Positions 60,362 through 64,000 of a DNA stretch of 64,000 nucleotides are shown piece after piece (the stretch's first letter is position 1; every line of letters begins with the position of its first letter). The stretch spans positions 23,193 to 87,192 of IMG/VR virus record IMGVR_UViG_3300041586_000126; one strand, 5' to 3'. This DNA is from a virus. The translations under genes and the position numbers were made by a program. The notes below the pieces were generated by a model, which had not been told where the DNA came from, did not search any database, and was given only the letters and a program-made list of their open reading frames with translations.

Positions 60362-60913
60362 AACGCATTAAATAGAATTTCAGAAGAGGCTAAAGTGATT
60401 GTTATAGATTTAGCTACCAAGCAAGTCAATGATATGAAAGCTTGTTTTGTTAAATACCAGGAATGGATTAAGGAAAATGGGGAAGTAATAAGATACGGTG
60501 AGGTATGTCATTATGACGGTATAAAGAAGTTTGTTTATATGACCGAACATAAGAGGTGGGGTGGTAGCAGTTACGACTTACCTATTACCTATACCGAAAA
60601 GGATGCATATAGTGCAATTAGAAACAATGGTAATTTAACATTCTACGTCTCTACCTTAGAGAGCCAGTTACGTCTTAATTGGGAGGAAAAATATATGGAG
60701 AGCTTTATAGCATCTAATATGTTTAAGCTACAGCGTGCCTTGGCAAAACACTTAACCAATGATATGGTTGCAACTAATATTGTAATTAGAAAGGGTAGTG
60801 ATGGTGCGGAGGTAAGTGCGTTTGTTGATGGTAAGCAATTTGTTACCTACGGAACCTTATGCGGAGGTGATATTCAGTGTTTACATTACAGATACAGAAG
60901 TTCATTAAAATAA
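60359..60913 (+). CDS. Hypothetical early protein
   Basis: Bounded by the two promoter repeats. Confidence 0.75.
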   Translation: MNALNRISEEAKVIVIDLATKQVNDMKACFVKYQEWIKENGEVIRYGEVCHYDGIKKFVYMTEHKRWGGSSYDLPITYTEKDAYSAIRNNGNLTFYVSTLESQLRLNWEEKYMESFIASNMFKLQRALAKHLTNDMVATNIVIRKGSDGAEVSAFVDGKQFVTYGTLCGGDIQCLHYRYRSSLK

Positions 60914-60978
60914 TTAAACTAAATAAATTAAATAAGCGTAAATAAAGTTGCCTACTTAAACCATGATGGTATAAAAAT

Positions 60979-61035
60979 TTGGCTACCGCAGGCAGCCTTC
61001 GTATATTTACACATAATAAAAAAATAAAGGTTATG
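60979..61035 (+). promoter_or_regulatory. Early promoter/leader, direct repeat copy 2
   Basis: TTGG-N19-TATATTTAC...AATAAAGGTT-ATG. Confidence 0.85.
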
Positions 61036-61215
61036 ATAAATAAAATAGATTTTAAAATGCTGCTATGTGTAGTATGTTCCTTTGGTTTAAGTTTTCTTAC
61101 CATAATAGGAGAAATTCAAAGTTACATCCCATTTTCGAACTCCACCACAGAAATGGGGTTTGCATTTACTATGTTTTTTGGAGGGTGTATGTTTTTATTC
61201 GGAATTAAAAAATAA
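61033..61215 (+). CDS. Small two-TM membrane protein
   Basis: Start moved to the ATG after the leader; two hydrophobic helices. Confidence 0.65.
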   Translation: MINKIDFKMLLCVVCSFGLSFLTIIGEIQSYIPFSNSTTEMGFAFTMFFGGCMFLFGIKK

Positions 61216-61220
61216 GGGTT

Positions 61221-61478
61221 ATGTCAGAAGAAGAAATTTATTTTCAAGAGCAAGAGTTTAAGAGATTTGAAACCATTATGAATACTCAAGAGTATTTAAC
61301 ACAAGAGGAGTATGATTTTTGTTTTTACTGGGATAAGGATATTAGAACTGATACTACTTATATTGGGGATTATTCTTCATACGGTGCTTATTTAAACTTA
61401 AGAGTTTATTCTGGATACGAACAAGATAAAGACCAATTTGAAATAGAAAACGGTGTTAATAGCGATTTGCCTTTTTAA
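61221..61478 (+). CDS. Small acidic hypothetical protein
   Basis: Very E/D/Y rich. Confidence 0.6.
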   Translation: MSEEEIYFQEQEFKRFETIMNTQEYLTQEEYDFCFYWDKDIRTDTTYIGDYSSYGAYLNLRVYSGYEQDKDQFEIENGVNSDLPF

Positions 61479-61492
61479 TTAAATATATTTTT

Positions 61493-61951
61493 ATGAAAAA
61501 AATAGTATACCTACATGGTTTAGAGGGCTCACAAGGTGGACCAAAAGTTGAATTTTTATCCATCCATGGTTTTGTTTACGCCCCCATCATGGATTATAAA
61601 ACACTAGATTTAGATTTGTTTATAGAAACCCTAGGGATGCCAGATCTAATCATAGGCTCCAGTATGGGAGGCTATGTTGCTGATATCATAGGATCAGAAT
61701 TAGGTGTAGATGTTTTATTATTTAACCCCGCTCTGCATGGAGTAACAATTGAATTTAATGTAACTAAAAACACTTCTAATTCTTATAATAGAACAATAAT
61801 TCTGGGTACTGAAGATAAAATCATAAACCCAGAAACAACTAAAAAACTATCATTAGTGGGACATAATTTAGATAAATTCGAAGATATTATAGGAATGGGA
61901 CACAGAACACCACTTAATATTTTTATCGATATGTATAATAAATATTCTTAA
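61493..61951 (+). CDS. Alpha/beta hydrolase, YqiA/YcfP-like esterase
   Basis: YLHG, GSSMGG nucleophile elbow, LFNPAL, D, GH. Confidence 0.85.
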   Translation: MKKIVYLHGLEGSQGGPKVEFLSIHGFVYAPIMDYKTLDLDLFIETLGMPDLIIGSSMGGYVADIIGSELGVDVLLFNPALHGVTIEFNVTKNTSNSYNRTIILGTEDKIINPETTKKLSLVGHNLDKFEDIIGMGHRTPLNIFIDMYNKYS

Positions 61952-61953
61952 TT

Positions 61954-62487
61954 ATGATTAAACTACTTAATTTACTAAATGAATTAAATTTGCCTAAAAA
62001 TACATGGCAACCCCTTTCTTCTAGTGAACTAAAGGACTTAGAGTCTGATATATTTAATCTTATACAAACTGCTTATAGTGATATAGGTGGTCACCCCAAT
62101 TATAAAACCGTAAGTGATTTAGCGGGGTCTGATTATAATGTTATAAATTTAGATGATGACCCCGAAATAGATGCAGTTACTATAACCAAAAACAGATCGG
62201 GTGGTATTAAACACGTAGGTATAGGACATGATGGTACTAACTCGGCTAAAAGATCAACTTTATTACACACTATAATTCAACTAGGCAAAAACAATAACTA
62301 CATAGAGGCATCTGGAAGAGTCTCAGATATTCTATTAAAAGCAAAAGTGACACAAGTTACAAATAAAGAGACAATTGAAAAAGCCCTGAAAGGAAAAGAA
62401 ATTCAAATGTATGACGATGGGTCGTATAGTAGATATTTAGGGGGAAAAAAATATATAAAAATGATGTTCGGAAAACCTACAGTATGA
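61954..62487 (+). CDS. Hypothetical protein with MIKLLNLLNE N-terminus
   Basis: Preceded by the late-motif variant ATATGTATAA at 61929. Confidence 0.7.
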   Translation: MIKLLNLLNELNLPKNTWQPLSSSELKDLESDIFNLIQTAYSDIGGHPNYKTVSDLAGSDYNVINLDDDPEIDAVTITKNRSGGIKHVGIGHDGTNSAKRSTLLHTIIQLGKNNNYIEASGRVSDILLKAKVTQVTNKETIEKALKGKEIQMYDDGSYSRYLGGKKYIKMMFGKPTV

Positions 62488-63281
62488 TAAGTTTATCACA
62501 ATTACTAAAAGAAGTACAGGGTAACCCCAAAGCTATTATATTAGCTGGAGCACCGGGTGCTGGTAAGGGTTCTATTTTAAAAGGTTTAGATCTAGGTGGT
62601 TTGAAAATATTAAACTTAGATAATAGATACATTGACTTACTTAAAAAGTCAAATATCTCCCTAGATTTAAAAAATTCAACACCTGAAGAAAGAAGCCAAC
62701 AAGCTATATCTATGGCGGCGGCTAATAAAGATTTTAAAGGAGATATTGCATCTACAATTGAAGGTAAACAATCTTTTATATTAGATGGAACAGCTGCCTC
62801 TTATAAACAAACCAACATATTAAAATTAGAATTAGAAGAAACGGGGTATAATGTTATGATGCTCTATGTCTATACAGATCTAGAAAGATCATTACAACAA
62901 AATCAAGATAGATTCGAAAAATCAGGAGGTGAAGATAGAAGTCTAGCCCCTGCTATAGTAATGCGTACCTGGTTAGATGTAACTAAAAATTATCTTCCTT
63001 ATAAAGAATTATTTGGAGACAACTATGTTATGGTGTCTAATACGTTAGATAACAATAAACTAAAAGATATTAATGACATTATAAGCAAATACCTTACCCC
63101 ATTTAATCCAACAAATACTAAAGAAAAAACACCCTCACAACAAAAAAGATCTGATCAACAGAAGGTAGAAATGAGTGCTGAAATACAAGATTTATTAAGT
63201 GATAATGTAGTTAATAACTTTATATCCAATTCAATGTCTAAAGAAGAAGCACAATCTAAAATAAAACAATTTTTATCCTAA
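62484..63281 (+). CDS. Zeta-toxin-like P-loop kinase
   Basis: GAPGAGKG Walker A, LNLD, FILDGT, SLQQNQDR, RSL. Confidence 0.7.
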   Translation: MISLSQLLKEVQGNPKAIILAGAPGAGKGSILKGLDLGGLKILNLDNRYIDLLKKSNISLDLKNSTPEERSQQAISMAAANKDFKGDIASTIEGKQSFILDGTAASYKQTNILKLELEETGYNVMMLYVYTDLERSLQQNQDRFEKSGGEDRSLAPAIVMRTWLDVTKNYLPYKELFGDNYVMVSNTLDNNKLKDINDIISKYLTPFNPTNTKEKTPSQQKRSDQQKVEMSAEIQDLLSDNVVNNFISNSMSKEEAQSKIKQFLS

Positions 63282-63299
63282 AAATATATGCGAAAAAAT

Positions 63300-63368
63300 T
63301 AGGATACCGCGTGGATATGTTGTATATTCACATGTTCGTAAGATTCGAACATTAAAACAATAAAGGTT
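63300..63368 (+). promoter_or_regulatory. Early-type promoter with a leader palindrome
   Basis: TAGG-N19-TATATTCAC, then ATGTTCG-N7-CGAACAT. Confidence 0.7.
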
Positions 63369-64000
63369 ATGAGTATTGATTTAAAAGTAGAAACTAGAGG
63401 TAGAAAACGTAAAGTTACACAATCTAAAGGATTTAATTCAAACAATATTAAATTGGTTAGAGGAAACCAATTAATCTTTAAGGATGAACTATTCCATCCT
63501 CTAAAAACAAGCACCGAAGTTGACCAAATCCTTTCTACAGAAGGAGGCTTAATGCCTGCTACTAACATGATATTCACAGGAGGACCAGGATCAGGTAAAT
63601 CTACACTGGTACTTGACATGTTATCTTCGTTTACATTACAAGGATATAAATGTTTATTTGTAAGTGGAGAAATGGATGAAATAGCTTATTACAAATATTG
63701 TAAAAGAATGCCACAATTTGATTGTGTTCAAACTTTATTTTTAAAAAATTATTCTGAAGATGTAAAAAGTACTTTAGAGTATGTTTTTAATTTGGGATAT
63801 GATGTTATAGCTATAGATTCACTAGCAGAAGTGTTAGATATGTATCGAGATGTTGAAAAATGTACAATGGGAGCAGCTGAACTATGGTTACTCGGATTAC
63901 AAGATAAAAATAAAAAAGGTCAGAATATAGGAGAGTATTATACCGCTTTTATAAATATTCAACAACAAACAAAAGCTGGTGATTTTGCTGGTTCTAATCG
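63369..64000 (+). CDS. RadA/Sms-like RecA-fold ATPase (partial, runs off the window)
   Basis: Not in the ORF track; GGLMPAT, GGPGSGKST, LFVSGEM, IAIDS, QQTKAGDFAGSN. Confidence 0.8.
   Translation, partial: MSIDLKVETRGRKRKVTQSKGFNSNNIKLVRGNQLIFKDELFHPLKTSTEVDQILSTEGGLMPATNMIFTGGPGSGKSTLVLDMLSSFTLQGYKCLFVSGEMDEIAYYKYCKRMPQFDCVQTLFLKNYSEDVKSTLEYVFNLGYDVIAIDSLAEVLDMYRDVEKCTMGAAELWLLGLQDKNKKGQNIGEYYTAFINIQQQTKAGDFAGSN

Noticed and set aside
2191-63619. Minus-strand and nested ORFs in the track (e.g. 4489, 5119, 8048, 11445, 12896, 13615, 21875, 52452, 63299)
   Set aside because: They are shadows of well-supported + strand genes, repeats or RNA regions, with no promoter or leader support. Only 13937-14967 is accepted on the minus strand.
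1-64000. Alternative genetic code (stop-codon reassignment)
   Set aside because: Genes are long and tightly packed under the standard code. TAG (30336) and TGA (16635, 42360) end genes at sensible positions.

Overview
AT-rich 64 kb segment of a large T4-like, contractile-tailed dsDNA phage. The host is most likely Bacteroidota/Flavobacteriia, inferred from -33/-7-type promoters and A-rich leaders without Shine-Dalgarno sequences. Layout: 1-9.7 kb glycosyltransferases, DNA ligase and small proteins; 9.7-17.6 kb hypervariable early region; 17.6-21.2 kb late block flanked by direct repeats; 21.3-23.4 kb HD hydrolase and phage sigma factor; 23.4-56 kb baseplate, tail and tail-fibre genes; 56-64 kb glycosidase, GIY-YIG nuclease, primase, exonuclease, esterase, zeta-like kinase and a RadA-like ATPase. 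Two promoter classes can be read directly: early-type (T/G)(T/A)GG-N19-TAYRTT in 18 copies and late-type ATATTTATAA in 10 copies. The best candidate for a new system is an 'inside-out' attC-like cassette array at 9887-10415, where small ORFs lie inside the loops of AAC...GTT-bounded hairpins. Also notable: a DnaA-box cluster (11612-11883) and a promoter-driven structured RNA cluster with two tRNA-like 3' ends (12.7-13.17 kb). Product calls come from motif recognition only; no searches were run.
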